Source: Octopus vulgaris (Eukaryota). Taken from it: a DNA stretch of 64,000 nt. The position numbers and the translations under genes are program-made. The notes under the pieces are model-generated. The model was not told the origin of the DNA. It searched no databases and was given only the letters and a program-made list of their open reading frames with translations. The DNA is taken from positions 18,724,001-18,788,000 of the forward strand of contig OX597821.1 of the NCBI GenBank assembly GCA_951406725.2, read 5' to 3'. Positions 41,336 to 57,532 of this stretch are shown here, piece after piece; the stretch's first letter is position 1; each line of letters starts with the position of its first letter.

Positions 41336-44035
41336 TCTATATACATAAAGTTGAATTTCTGTTTGTCAAAATGAAAGTAAAACAGCAAATCTGTAGTAGT
41401 AGTCTCACCCTGGTTAAGATTCAAAACTGAATATTTCAATTGTCCTTGGATATACAGCCTATCAAGTTAAACAATATCAATTAGAGATATATAAAAGCAG
41501 TAATGAGGCCTTTTGGCGCAGATTTCAATTCCCAATTCATGAACGTCACCCAGCTATTCAACTGCTTTCTGTGCATTTAGAAAATGTGCATTTAGAGTTT
41601 ACTTCACTGCTGAGACAGCTGTAAATCAAGTTTCACATCTAAAGGATACCACTTTAACAGCCTTTTTCAATCTTTGCCAGGGTGGGGATGGGGGATAATT
41701 TTGCACCCCCCCCCCAAAAAAAAAAAACAAACGCTGCTATATCACGAAGTTCCTTCTTATTACACATGGAGTAATAGTAAATGGAATAGACACAAAATAG
41801 ATATGAAGGTTCAAGGTCATTCTGGGATTAAGTTTGGTACAACAATCGGTAGAGTATATGCTGTACATCCGAACGAAAATAAATGCTTTCATCTCAGAAT
41901 GCTTACTTCATGTAAAAAGAAGATCAAATCCATGGGAAAGTTTGGACGAAATTGATGGTAAGATTAGCAGAACATGTCGAGAAGCGTGTTTGAAGTTAGG
42001 TTTGCTTGAAAATGATCAGCAATGGGAAGCAACACTGGAAGAAACTTCAATATCAAAAACTCCAAAGAATCTAAGAGGTCTTTTTGCTATTATTTTCGAA
42101 AATTGTGAAGTAATCCTATTGAACCAGAGAATAAGCTCAGAAATGATCTTGCCGAAGATTTCAAGTACCAAGTTCATTTGAGTAATCCTGAGTTAGATAT
42201 TGGTTTCACTGATGCTATATCCAATGTGGCTTTGTTTGAAATACAAGATCAAATTATTTCGATGGGAAGTGAATCTATAGAAAATTTAGGTAACCCACTA
42301 ACTAATAGAGGGGATGTTAACAGTCTGTCCACTGAAAATATGAAAGAAATTTCCTATGATATAGAGGAACTGACCATGTACATAAATGATAATCTTCCCA
42401 AGCTTCTATCTGATCAACGTCATGCATATTCCTCTATCATTGAAAGTTTTAACAATAACACAGGAGGACTTTATTTCTTAGATGCTCCAAGAGGTACGGA
42501 GAAAACATTTGTAATTAAACTCCCCCTGGCAACAGTTCACCAAGAAAATAAAATAGCTTTAGCTACAGCTGCTTCTGAGATTGCAACAACATTACTACCC
42601 GGAGGTCGAATTGCCCATTCAACATACAAGTTACCTTTAGATTTATCTAACAAAGAAGTCCACTTTATAATATATCTTAAAATTCTGGAATGGGTGAACT
42701 AATACAAAGATGTCACCTAATGGTCTGGGACGAATGTACCATGGCCCACAAAAAAGCTTTTGAAGCTGTAGACAGAACATTATGAGACTTTAGAAATTTT
42801 AATTCTATTATGGGAAATGTCACAGTATTATTGTCAGGAAACTTCCGACGAACACTATCAGTTGTTCCGAGAGTAACAAAAGTGGATGAGCTCAATGCTT
42901 TAATAAAGTCTTCTGTATTATGGTACCATGTAAAACACTTCAACTTTCGACAAATATGAGATTGAGACTTTGAAAAGATCAAATCAGCTGAACTATTTTC
43001 AGAGCAGCTTTTCAAACTCGGTGAAGGGTGAGTTGCAATTGAAGAACAGTTTCTTACACTCAATCCAATATGGAATTCAGTTGATTTCGTCGATGATTTA
43101 GTGAAATCTTTCCAAATGTTCTTCATACTAACAACAATATAGTGAGCGAGCTATTCTGGTTCCAAAAATGTTGCTGCAAATAGCATTAATGATATGCTAC
43201 TGAATAAACCTCCGGAGAAGTATTCACTTATAACTCAATTGACACCCATCAAATGTTTGAGCTCACTACAACCACACATTGTTTTCAGCTGGAAAAAGGG
43301 ACTCCTATTGTGCTATTTCGTAATTTGTCTCAACCGAAATTATGCAATGGTACAAGTCCAATTGTGCACAAACTTATGAGGAACTGCAATGAGGCAAATA
43401 TTCTCACTGGTTGTGGCAAATGTGAGACCATCTTCTTTCCTCGCATAACCTTTATACAATCTGATTTCCCATTCCAATTTAAGCGGTTACAGTTTCCTAT
43501 CCAAGTTCTTTTTGCCATGAGCATTAATTAAAGTCAGAGCCAAACACTAAAAATTGCTGGGTTGCAACTTGAAGAACCATGCTTTTCACGTGGCCAAATT
43601 TATGTAGAGGCATCAGGTGTGGGAGCAAAAGCAAATCCTTTTGTTTATGCAGCCCAAAATAAATATGAAACATTGTCTATACAGAAATATTCACTCTTAA
43701 TGCAGCATGGATACTTCAATAACTTAATTTCCCATTACTATCATTACATTCAAGAATGAGTAAATAACCTATTTAAATGAACTATATTATATAATTGCCA
43801 TTACTGTATTAATAAATAGAGTAACACATGCAACTCACTTTTTATTGTCATATAATAAACAAATAAAAGTTCATGTATGAAGTTGATATTTGTCCTACTT
43901 CAATTATTACATGTTTTTCACTTATAGAATACACACATACAGGAGGAGTAAATTATATATATAATAATACTATGAATGTGACTCCTGAGTAAGAGTAAAA
44001 GTAATTATCCGATGAACGACGGGTATTACTGCTAG
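41336..44035 (+). mobile_element. Helitron, internally deleted, with decayed Rep/PIF1-helicase coding region
   Basis: EAFWRRFQFPIHERHPAIQLLSVHLEN; RTCREACLKLGLLENDQQW; YFLDAPRGTEKTF (degenerate Walker A); VWDECTM; RNLSQPKLCNGT; FKRLQFPI; FSRGQIYV; 5' A|TC; 3' hairpin and CTAG|T at 44032-44035. Confidence 0.92.
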
Positions 44036-44043
44036 TATATATA

Positions 44044-44778
<735 letters not shown>

Positions 44779-44807
44779 ATACATACATACATACATACAT
44801 ACATACA

Positions 44808-44841
<34 letters not shown>

Positions 44842-44891
44842 CATATATATATATATAATAATAATAATATATATATATATATATATATATT

Positions 44892-44931
<40 letters not shown>

Positions 44932-44963
44932 ATATACTTTATTTAAAAACAGCAGAAATATAA

Positions 44964-45012
44964 CAAAAGCTGTTACTCAGAGTTTCACGTTCCCGTTCGT
45001 CGGGCAGTTTTG
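44964..45012 (-). ncRNA. Minimal hammerhead-like motif (variant core CCGACGA) at a Penelope-like 3' end
   Basis: Minus strand: aaaactgc-CCGACGA-ACG(GGAA)CGU-GAAAC-UCUGA-GUA-acagcuuuu. Confidence 0.5.
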
Positions 45013-45414
45013 TTAAAACGGAACAGAAATAACGATATAATCAAAACTAGTTAAAGGATACACCTTTAAAAGTGGATTTGTTTCATTGGTCCTTTCAATT
45101 AACGGTCTTAAGCATGCAATGAACAAAATAAATGAATTCAATATAAATTCATCATATTGTAAAATCGAAGAAAACCTTAAATCGGAGAGTGGATTCAAAA
45201 TACATATTGTAAATAATTATATACGAAATGTAAGTCAATTAATACATTAAAATTAAAATTAAAATTTTCACGCTGCATCACATGAATATTTTACAACAAT
45301 ATATACCCATACTAGACCATCTATAATATACATATATACATATATATGTATATATACTTATATAAACATGTTTGTGTATAAATATATATACATATATAAA
45401 CATGTGTGTGTATA

Positions 45415-46378
45415 TCTAATATATAAAATAGAGATGTGTGCATATTCACTTTTCATGCGAAAACGGTTTCACCAATTACTTCCATAATTGTAATGTATGA
45501 ATAATTTGTCCTCAGACATCCCTGGATGTGCCTCTGGGTAAGAGGTTTTTGTTCCAAGCATTCCAATCAAACCAACAGACATGTCCTTTGATTTCAAGCG
45601 AACACAATTCCCAGTGCGACTTTCCTTTGCAATATCTATTAATACAGCTCAAGGTCAGTCTTTGAAATCTAATGGCTTTATTTTCTCATGGTCAACTTTG
45701 TTGCTTGCTCCAGGGTCGGTAGTTTGCAAGACTTATTTGTCTAAGCTCCAAACCAGAAAACAAAGAATGTTGTTTATCCAGAAGCTCTCACATAATGTAT
45801 GTGGTAGAATTGATCTCTTTCCATAAAAATGGTAAACTTTGAATTTTCGTTTATTATTATTATACTCTTTACTCTTTTACTCTTTTACCTGTTTCAGTCA
45901 TTTGACTGCGGCCATGCTGGAGCACCGCCTTTAGTCGAGCAAATCGACCCTGGGACTTATTCTTTGTAAGCCCAGTACTTATTCTATCGGTCTCTTTTGC
46001 CGAACCGCTAAGTGACGGTGGACGTAAACACACCAGCATCGATTGTCAAACAATGCTAGAGGGACAAACACAGACACACAAACATATACATACACATACA
46101 TACATATATATACATATATACGACAGGCTTCTTTCCGTCTACCAAATCCACACACAAGGCATTGTTCGGCCCGGGGCTATAGCAGAAGACACTTGCCCAA
46201 GATGCCACACTGTGGGACTGAACCCGGAACCATGTGGTTGGTAGGCAAGCTACTTACCACACAACCACTCCTGCGCCTATCACAGCCACTCATGCGCCTA
46301 TATCATTTTTTTTATTGTTATTCTTCCAATATGTAAGGAAAAATTTAATTCCCGGGAAACGCCGGGAGTCTCTGATAG
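45415..46378 (+). mobile_element. Deleted Helitron with PIF1 C-terminal remnant, interrupted by SINE A
   Basis: PTDMSFDFKRTQFPVRLSFAISINTAQGQSL; A|TC start; 3' cccgggaaacgccggg hairpin and (C>A)TAG|T. Confidence 0.8.
45863..46299 (-). mobile_element. SINE family A, full length
   Basis: Head at 46278, tail repeats at 45863. Confidence 0.9.
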
Positions 46379-46429
46379 TATATATATTTATATAAGCTTT
46401 TTAACATTTATCTCCTACTTGTTTCATTC

Positions 46430-46481
<52 letters not shown>

Positions 46482-46577
46482 CGGGAAGCTTTATGAAAAT
46501 AAACAAAAGACGAAGGCAGGTGGAATACATACAAACAATTGTATTAGTATGGCGCTCAGGAATATAAATAAAACAAG

Positions 46578-46615
46578 TCTTTTACGTTTCGGGCCTACGC
46601 TCTTCAACAGAAAGA
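46578..46615 (-). ncRNA. Variant minimal hammerhead-like motif
   Basis: Minus strand: ucuuu-CUGUUGA-a-GAGC(GUAG)GCCC-GAAAC-GUA-aaaga; 5-bp stem I; non-canonical core. Confidence 0.4.
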
Positions 46616-48363
46616 TACACAGAAAAGAAACACGGAGAGAAACAAGGAGAAACACACGTACATACACACACATATATTTCCACTCGCATGTGTACATATA
46701 TATGTATATGTATATATATATATATGTACACATCCATGCATTTATGCATGGTTGTATCTGTGTATAGATAGATATGTGTGGGTGGGAGTGCATTTATATA
46801 AAATAATTGTATGTGTGTGTGTTGTGGTTGTGCACATGCGAGTGGAAATATATGTGTGTGTATGTACGTGTGTGAGTGTGTTGTGATGAGCGCGTGTGAG
46901 CGTGTTGTGTGTATTGTGTGACTGTTCGTATGTGTGTGTGTTTGTGTATGCGTGTGTATGCATATATGTGTGAGTCTGTGCCTGTGCGTGCAGATCACAT
47001 TTTTACAGATGGCAAACTCTATCCTATTGAGAATGAATAAGCTGCTCTCGGTTTGAAAAGAAACCTATTGGTAAACAACCAGTGTCGTCCTCCCCATTTG
47101 TCAGGTGACGGTGCCTACGTATGATGTTGGTTTCTCTAGTGTTGAAATGTCGCTTCAAGTCGCAACCCAGATTAGAGACTTGCCACTTTGGGACCGGAAG
47201 ACAGATGCCGTCTTGCTTTTGCCGTTCCCTTGTCTAACTGCTATGGCACTTGGGATGGGATACTGGATCCATCCAATTAAAATTTGAGAAGCAAGCAGCG
47301 CTCAGGAAAAATAACAATGAGGACACTATGAAAACATTTATGATATGTCCACAACAACGTTGAGTCGTTCCCAGATTTGACTTTCGTACCAGAATGAATC
47401 AACGATTCGGATAGTAGTTATCCAGTAGGATACCAGTTAATTTTGTGGGTCATAGCATTTAGCTAGATGCTGTTGTAGGAAAGGGAAACCGAGCTGAAAC
47501 ATGCCCGTTGATGTTGGTGAGTGAAATAATGAGATGATACGAGACTCTGGTATTGAACAGAGTCGCTTTTTTTTCATAGAACTGATGTAATGTCTACGGA
47601 ATGAAGACTGTTTGACGATCGCGTACTCGTACAAAGCTTTGTATGCCTGAGGGATGGAGGTCCTGCAATGTTGTGAAAAAGAGCCTTGTTGATGAAGGTA
47701 CAGCAAGAGACAAGTAATGAATTGGTAATTCAATGGACTGGGGTGGACAATGTCCATTGCTGATCATATCATAATTGTCCAAGCTTTTTATCCGTCACTC
47801 ATATCCTATTCTGTAACCAATGGTAACATATTACGTAACAATTTACTTGACGTAGTCAATGACGGTAGTCGATTTCAAAATGGTTGTAGCATTTTAGCTC
47901 TCTTTTGTTTTTTATTCACGATCTCTTTATCTCTTCTCTTTTTATCTGTCCCTTTTCCAATCTGTGTGCGTGTGTCCCTCTGTAAGAAACTATAGCATTA
48001 TCATCGTCATATCTACCAGAGTATGGCTTCATCTTTATGTCGTAATGAGAATATATTTACAAGTATTTTCAAATACACACACACGCGCGTGCGTACACGG
48101 ACACACGTTGCTGGTTGTGAGAAGGTATCATTCATTCATAGATTAATTCATTCACGTTGCATTGTGCATGTAATGTCTCTGTGTGTTTATGTGCGCATCT
48201 ATGTGATGCATGTATGTGTGAGTATGTGTATGAGTGCATGTGCATGTGTAAACGTTACTTGTGTAGGAGAGAGCCGTGCGGGTGAGTATGTGAGTGCGTA
48301 TGCATGAATATTATGTAAGTTTACGTTGGTGTAATGACTACGTGTGTGAATGTACATACACAT

Positions 48364-48457
<94 letters not shown>

Positions 48458-49127
48458 GATGCATCTATGTATATATGTATATATATTTACACACGTATAT
48501 ATATACACACACATATATATATATAAACATACACATATGTATGTATATATATATATATATACATGCATACATATACATTTATGTATATGCATATATATAT
48601 ATATATATGTATCTATATACATAGATACATATATGTATTTACATGCACACACGCAAACATATATATATATATACCCTTATATATATATACTTGTACAACC
48701 ATACTTACACACATATACATATACATATATATGCATATACACACATCCGTATAGAAATGAGTGTGTACTAAGTGTGCATATATGTAAAAATGTGTGTGTA
48801 TGCATTGATGAAGAGTCGTCCATGTTTCTCTGACGTCATAACTGTCATATGAAATAAATTAACGAGAGCACACTCAAGGTTACGTATGACGAGATGGGCG
48901 TGCGCATCATAATGTCAGAGGTAGTAGGATCAGTACAGATAGTAGTCGTCGTAGTAGAGTTGGTAGCAGTGGTGATGATGATAGTGGCGATGGAGTGTTG
49001 GATGCGGTGGCAGTAGTATGTCGGTAGTAGTAATGGTAGTTATAGTAGTAGTAGTAGTTGTAGTAGTAGTAATAATACCAGTAGTAATAATAATTGTAGT
49101 AATAGTAGTTGAAGTAGTAGAAGTTAG

Positions 49128-49378
49128 TAAGGTGGCAAGCTGGTAGAATCGTTAGCACGCCGGGCGAAATGCTTAGCGGTATTTCATCTACCGTTACGTT
49201 CTGAGTTCGAATTCCGCCGAGTTCGACTTTGCCTTTCATCCTTTATCGATAAATTAAGTACCAGTTACGCACTGGGGTCGATGAAATCGACTTAATCCGT
49301 TTGTTTGTCCTTGTTTGTCCTCTCTGTGTTTAGCCTCTTGTGGGTAGTAAAGAAATAGGCATTTCGTCTGCCGCTACA
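49128..49378 (+). mobile_element. SINE family B
   Basis: Head aaggtggcaagctggtagaatcgttagcacgccgggcgaaatg and core. Confidence 0.85.
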
Positions 49379-49748
49379 GCCACAAGTTGTGTTGTAGTAA
49401 CCATGGTGGTGCTGAAAAGGATGGTGTTGGTGCTTGAGTAATGGCAAAATTAGTCGTGATGGTTGTGGTTCATGAGATAGTACTGGTGCTGGAGGTGGTG
49501 AAGAAATAATGACTCACATTTCTTGTAGTGACGAATACTTGATCAAAAGACAATACATGGTTGCGTGGTAAGAAGTTTGCATTCCAGCCACCTGGTTTCA
49601 AGTTCAGTCCCACTGCGTTGCGTCTTGGGCGAGTGCCTACTGCTCCTCCTTCTGGCCGACCAAAATCTTTTTCACTTTTTACTATTTTCTATATATATAT
49701 ATATATATATGTATAAATGAAAGAATGGAGTCGAACGACGATTTAACA

Positions 49749-49853
49749 AAATTCCTTTATTCTCGACATATGTTTCGAAGACTGCATATTCCTAATTCCG
49801 AAGGAATAAGGGGTGCACTATGCCGCCTTCTCATCAGGAAAGACAAGGAACTT
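49749..49853 (-). ncRNA. Type I hammerhead ribozyme (minus-strand copy)
   Basis: tcatcag at 49831-49837 and gacatatgtttc at 49765-49776 are the reverse complements of CUGAUGA and GAAACAUAUGUC. Confidence 0.85.
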
Positions 49854-49934
49854 ATGTCAGCATCATGACGAACAAAAATTTTTAGATGACTGCACACACG
49901 AACAAAAAAGTCTTGTTCGTCATGATGCTGACAT

Positions 49935-50039
49935 AAGTTCCTTGTCTTTCCTGATGAGAAGGCGGCATAATGCACCCCTTATTTCTTCGGAATTAAGAAT
50001 ATGCAGTCTTCGAAACATATGTCGAGAATAAAGGAATTT
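49935..50039 (+). ncRNA. Type I hammerhead ribozyme (plus-strand copy)
   Basis: CUGAUGA 49951-57; stem II GAAGGC/GUCUUC extended by GCAUA/UAUGC; GAAAC 50012-16; palindromic stem III ACAUAUGU; GUC triplet 50021-23; stem I AAGUUCCUU-guc-UUUC / GAGA-aua-AAGGAAUUU. Confidence 0.88.
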
Positions 50040-50222
50040 TGTTAAATCGTCGTTCGACACCATTCTTTCATTTATTTATAGTAAAAAAAACACACAAATT
50101 TCCACACAAAAGCACGTGATCTCTGCCCTTGGCATGTAGCTTCAACCGTGTTTTCTGACGTGAATTTGCTACCCAGGTATCGGTTAACCGAATTATCCAT
50201 ACTAGGATAATTCATTCAACTA

Positions 50223-51302
<1,080 letters not shown>

Positions 51303-51569
51303 ATACAAGCATGTCAGAACTAGAGGCTTTATATACTTTTAATTATACCTTCATCATGAAATGATTTGTAGTTATTAGCAAAAATGCTCCAAAATAAAGA
51401 GTAGATACAATGAACACTACACAAGTTTCCAGAGAACGACTTGATCACCGGTTCAAAGCATATAAAATACATGATTACCAGAAACCATCAGGACAAGGAA
51501 TGTCTTTTCGTTGATATATCAGCTGCAATAAAAGACAATATATATTAGTTTAAAATTTTGGTACAAGGC

Positions 51570-52790
51570 CATCGATTTCGGAGGAGGGGTTAAGTCGATT
51601 ACATCGACCCAGTGCTCAACTGATACTTATTTTATCACCCCAAAGAAAATGAAAAGCAATGTAAACCTTCGCAGTGTTTGAACTCAGATGGTAAAGATAG
51701 ATGAAATGACGCTAAGCATTTGGCCTGGTAAAACAATATATACAAGAAAATTGCATCAAAGCTGTCAGATTGTGTTGTCAGACTTAGCATGCAGACCATC
51801 ATATAGCTTGTTTGATGTTGCATTTTTGTTCTTCTCTTCCGTTTTATCTTGACATGCACTTTGTTCTCTTTTGTTTTACGAATTCAGTGTGCACATGCGC
51901 ATTGTGTGTTCATGTGTTCATACTTCTCTTTCCGGTTCTTACTCAAAACTGCTTACAAATCACTATCATCTCACAAACGTGCGTTTGTAAAGAGCGTTTC
52001 GCTCTCCGATGATTATGAGTAGCAAATTACCGTATAAGAAACATGCCGAATATAAAGATCTGTAAATAGAGATAATCAGAATGTGAAGATTGAAAACAGA
52101 AACGGTTCTTATAATAATAAAATGTACCTTAAAAATGATTTTAAATAGAGAGAGAAATAATTAATTAACACTCCGTCGGTTACGAAGGCGAGGGTTCCCG
52201 TTGATCAACAGAACAGTATGCTCGCGAAATTAACGTGCAAGGGATGAAAGGTCAAGTTAAAATTGGTATGAATTGAACTCAAAGAGTAAAGTGTAATAAG
52301 AAATACCATAATGTATTTTTTATCGACGTGCTAACGATTCTACCAATTCGCCGTTTTTAATACTGGTTCCTGATTTAGGTTCAAGGCTAATAATTATGAA
52401 TGGAGCGGTAATTAGTCGATGCTATCGGCCCTAGTACTTAAATGAACTTTATCATATCACCCTCGAACAGATGAACGACGAAGCTGACCCCGGTGAAGTT
52501 TGAAGTCAGAATGTAAAGAGCCGGATAAAATAATGCAAGGCATTTTTCCCGACGCTCTAATGATTCTATGAATCATCGCCCCTAAAAGACTTACCACAAT
52601 AACAATGGTTTCTAATTTAGGAACGGGAAGAAAATGTTTGAGGGTGGGGATTAAACAACCAAGTGCTTAAATGATATTTTATTTAATAGACCTCGAAATG
52701 AGGAACCACGAAACTGACAGCAGTGGGATTTGAACTCAGCGTTTTTTTTTCTCTGATGTTCTAACCTTTTTACCAATCCACTGCCCTAAA
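51570..52790 (-). mobile_element. Cluster of diverged SINE B fragments, with other repeat fragments including an R4/Dong RLE remnant at ~52030-52140 (+)
   Basis: Repeated tgaactcag/atcgaccc cores on the minus strand; YKDL*IEIIRM*RLKTETV matches the 17795-18181 peptide. Confidence 0.6.
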
Positions 52791-53791
52791 AAGTATCTCA
52801 GTTAAAATGCTTTCCTTAATGGGTCAGTACGCTTCATTATAAGATTGGAGAGAAATCCCTCGGCGCCTGCCACATTGATCAATACTAGGGTTCACAGTGA
52901 GTGTTCTTGCTGTTGTCTGTGAAGCCTTCTGTCTATCCCCAAGACAACGGTCTTCTTTGAAGACATCCTTGGAGACAAGACAAAGGGGAGGTAAGCAAGG
53001 AGACTATGACCAATCTTAACCAGGTCACCATCCTATGCACTCTCTCTTGGGCTCATCGGGCATCAGTAAGCCTGTATCTGACATGGATACCCCCCTTCGA
53101 AACTATTCGCTTCCAAAACCAGGCCAGGCCGAGTGAAGCCGATCCAAGACAAGAAAGAGTGTAAACTACTTAAAATAGACGTGCAGTAGCAGTAGTAGTA
53201 TAAACAGAAACACATCAAGCGCTGCCACTACTATCCCATTACCAATACCAAGAACAATAACAACAATAACATTGACATCAATTGCTGAAATCGGAGCTTC
53301 AGAATAATAGCGATCTATTTATTATCTGTGTGTAAACTGATATCTGATAGCCGTGTCGAATGGCCACAGACTAAATGATATATAAAAATACACCAAAACA
53401 ATACGCAGAAGATAATATATCAAGAAATATCATTTATAGATTAACACGTGAAATGTTGTCTTCGATATTTGGATATAACATATGCTGTCTACCATCAACA
53501 CTTAACGAGGAATTTATATTTGATTTATAACTATTGTTGTTCATGGTTTTTATTTAACCATAGGTCAGGTCTAATCCTGTAGACTATGGACTAAGGCATT
53601 ACAGCATTAGCAATCCCGTCTCTTTTGTTTGAAATAGGAGTAGTGTATCAAGGACTAGATCATTTAATTTGTCTGTCTTTTTTAGAGGAGCAGACTATGA
53701 TAATTTTGAGCAGTTAAGTGAATTGACTACAGGGTGGGATATATATATATATGCATGGCCGCAGTCAAATGACTGAAACATATACGCATAT

Positions 53792-54190
53792 AGGCGCAGG
53801 AATGGCTGTGTGGTAAGTAGCTTGCTTACCAGCCACATAGTTCCGAGTTCAGTCTCACTGCGTGGTACATTGGGCAGGTGTCTTCTGCTATAGCTTCGTG
53901 CCAACCAAAGCCCTGTGAGTGGATTTGGTCGACGGGAACTGAAAGAAGGCCGTCATATATATATGTATATGTGTGTGTATGTGTGTGTTTGCCTGTCTGT
54001 GTTTGTCCGCCCAACATCGCTTGACAACTGGTGCTGTGTGTTTACGTTCCTGTCACTTAGCAGTTCGGTGGGAGAGACCGATGGAGTAAGTACTGGGGTT
54101 GCAAAGAATAAGTCCCGGTGTCGATTTGCTCGACTGAGGGCGGTGCTCCAGCATGGTCGCAGTCGGACGACTGAAACAAATAAAAGAACA
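53792..54190 (+). mobile_element. SINE family A, full length
   Basis: Head aggcgcaggaatggctgtgtggtaag to the gactgaaacaaataaaag tail. Confidence 0.9.
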
Positions 54191-54200
54191 AATGAAAAAG

Positions 54201-54236
<36 letters not shown>

Positions 54237-54745
54237 ACACAATATATATATATATATATATGTGCATCTGTTTACTTGTCTGTCTGCATTACTTATCCAT
54301 ATCTCGAGATATATAGCGCAGATATAAGAGTTGTTCAGTGATACATAAGAGGAGTTTATGTCAGCGAGAGGAAATTGCCTTCAACATCAGCAACGGAGCA
54401 GAAATCTCACTTTTTTCTTCCATATTGTTTCTGTGGACGTCTCCAGGCAGATGACATTCAATTATTTGTGGCTTCTCATAATAAATAGGTTTTGATAGCT
54501 TCCTGGTTTCTATCTAAACTTTCAATGAACCATGTTGCTGTTGATTTAACAAACCAATAGGTTTTGATGTTTATTGTAAAGTTGTTTGGTAAAGAGAATT
54601 AGACACAAGTGATTTTGCCTCTCAAATGTTTCTGTTTAATGTTATAATAATGTTGATCTATTTGCTGATGCTGTGAAGGATGATTTTTTTTCACTCTTTG
54701 CTTGAATCACCATGATAAATAGCTTTACAGTTTATTTGATTTGTC

Positions 54746-54776
<31 letters not shown>

Positions 54777-55984
54777 CTTCTTCTTCTTCTTCTTCTTCTT
54801 CTTCTTCTTCTTCTTCTTCTGCTGCTGCTGCTGCTGCTGCTGCTTCTTGCTATATTGCTTGCTAATGCAGATTTGTGGGTAATGAAGCGCATATAAACTT
54901 GAGAGTGATACATGTATCTGTATACATACATACATACATACATACATATAATGTTTATTTTCGTGTGTGTGTGTGTATGTGTGTATATATATACGTGTGT
55001 GTGTACGTGTGTGTGCATATGTGTGCATGTAAGTTGCATATAAGTGTATGTGATATAATTACTATATACATACATGTGTGTGTTTATACATGTATGTATA
55101 TGTATATACATACACATATCTATATGACGGTGTGTTTATGATTACTAGAGGGTGTAATCAAATTTACTGTGTAAATTTAAATTTTGGCAGTCTACATGCA
55201 CAAGCACAACTGTAGACACATTTTCTTTTACAACTACGAATACACCCATAATATCCATTAATGAATATCTGCAATAAACCGACAATAAACAGTTCAAAAT
55301 TTGATTATCGTTGACTTTAGACTGTTATACGTCATATTACTGTTAACTTAAACTCATTCATTTCTTTCAACTTTTTATATATATTTAATCATTAAAGTTT
55401 TAAATGGTTGTCCTTGATGTTGTTCTGCTGAAAACTAACTCTAACTAAGCAGACTTGAAGTGAAACACAATTCCAGCGTGACCATCTCGACTTTTAAAAA
55501 GTCTTAGCTAACGTTACTCAAAGTGTCTTTCCACCTTTAATGGGTATTTTTTTTTATCTCTATTTCTTTTAGCTAGAGTCAAAACAGAGAAGCTCTTCTA
55601 TTGGCTAGTAATAGCTAGTGGAATTTGTTGCCGTTTGATTACTTGGTGACATTAGTATGCATTCCACCAGTTGTTCAACAACAACAAAATAAAGGTTAGC
55701 TACGGCTGCATGAAAAACATGTCTAGTGCCATTAAGAACCATCATGCAATTGCCCATATGTAGAGTTCTTTCTTTAAATAGTAAAAAGGTTATGTAGATT
55801 AATCCACTATTAATGCATAAATCACTTAGGGCTTGCAGACCACTTTTAGTATTAAGTTTCGAAATTTCATTGTTATGCTTTTATGTTGTAGAGATTATCT
55901 TTGTTTTATCCTTCAGTTATTGGATAACCGCCTTGCCAGGACACTGGCTTAAGTTTAGGTTGCATTACTTGTTTTAAGCTTGCT

Positions 55985-56390
<406 letters not shown>

Positions 56391-56524
56391 GGCTTGTCTG
56401 TTAATTGACGCGTAAGATATTTACTGGTATGATTAGATTATTTAATAACACCATAAATATAAAAAGAAAAGGGAAAACAAAATATTAAGTAGTTACCATT
56501 TATTTTAATATAATAGAAATACTT

Positions 56525-56720
56525 AAGGTGGCGAGCTGAGAGATTTGTTATCTTAATGAGCAAAATTCTGAGTTCAATTTCCGCCGAGGTCGACTTTGCC
56601 TTTCATCATTTCGGGGTTGATAAAATAAGTATCAGTAGGACCCTGGAGGCGATATACCTGAAATCTACTTACCACCTACCTCGAAATTGCTGGATTTGTG
56701 CCGGAAACTGAAACCAATAT
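56525..56720 (+). mobile_element. SINE family B
   Basis: aaggtggcgagctg head; ccgccgaggtcgactttgcctttcatc core. Confidence 0.75.
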
Positions 56721-57121
56721 AATAAAAATATTTTTATTAGCTTACGATGAAAGTAACTGAAATATATGGATAGTTTATCCTGCTCATGCTATCGTATTAG
56801 TATTATCATGCGTTTGAGAATAAATTATTTCTGTATTTATATTAAAAACCAAATTTTCTATGATTAATTAGTCTCTGCAGTTTTACAATGGAAATTCATG
56901 ATCAAATATTTAAAACTAGTTTTCTATACATTGAAAGAAATTTTTGATATGGCTCACTGCAACGTTGTTGAATTTCAATACATATACATTGCATATAGTC
57001 TTAGAAACACACTTCGCATGCAAACAGATATACACATAGTCACCACTTATATGCGCTTAGTTACAAAGGTATCACTTAACAAATTTTTCCTGAACAATAC
57101 AAAATATTAAAACGATGGCTC

Positions 57122-57309
57122 TCTCTTTTACTTGTTTCAGTCATTTGACTGTGGACATGCTGGAGTACCGCCTTTAATCTTTGTAAGCCTAGTACTTATT
57201 CTATCGATCTCTTTTGCCGAACGGCTAAGTTACGGGGACGTAAACACACCAGCATCAGTTGTCAAGCGATGTTGCAGGGGACAAACACAGATACACAAAC
57301 ACAGATACA

Positions 57310-57369
<60 letters not shown>

Positions 57370-57532
57370 CATATACATATATACGACGCGCTTCTTTCAG
57401 TTTCCGTCTACCAAATCTACTCACGAGGCTTTGGTCGACCCGAGGCTATAGTAGAAGACACTTGTCCAAGGAGCCACGTAGTAGGACTGAACCCGGAACC
57501 AAGCTACTTACCACACAGCCACTCCTACGCCT
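57122..57532 (-). mobile_element. SINE family A
   Basis: Reverse complement, head at 57532. Confidence 0.88.

Larger units (their letters stand above)
49713..50075. repeat. Palindrome: 163-bp arms (49713-49875 / 49913-50075), 37-bp spacer; inverted Penelope pLTR-like
   Basis: Arms are reverse complements with 4 mismatches counted by eye. Confidence 0.95.

Noticed and set aside
41674-43700. Host PIF1 helicase gene
   Set aside because: Intronless, heavily disrupted and bounded by Helitron termini.
49757-50031. Twin 72-aa ORFs on opposite strands
   Set aside because: By-product of the palindrome; no protein motif.
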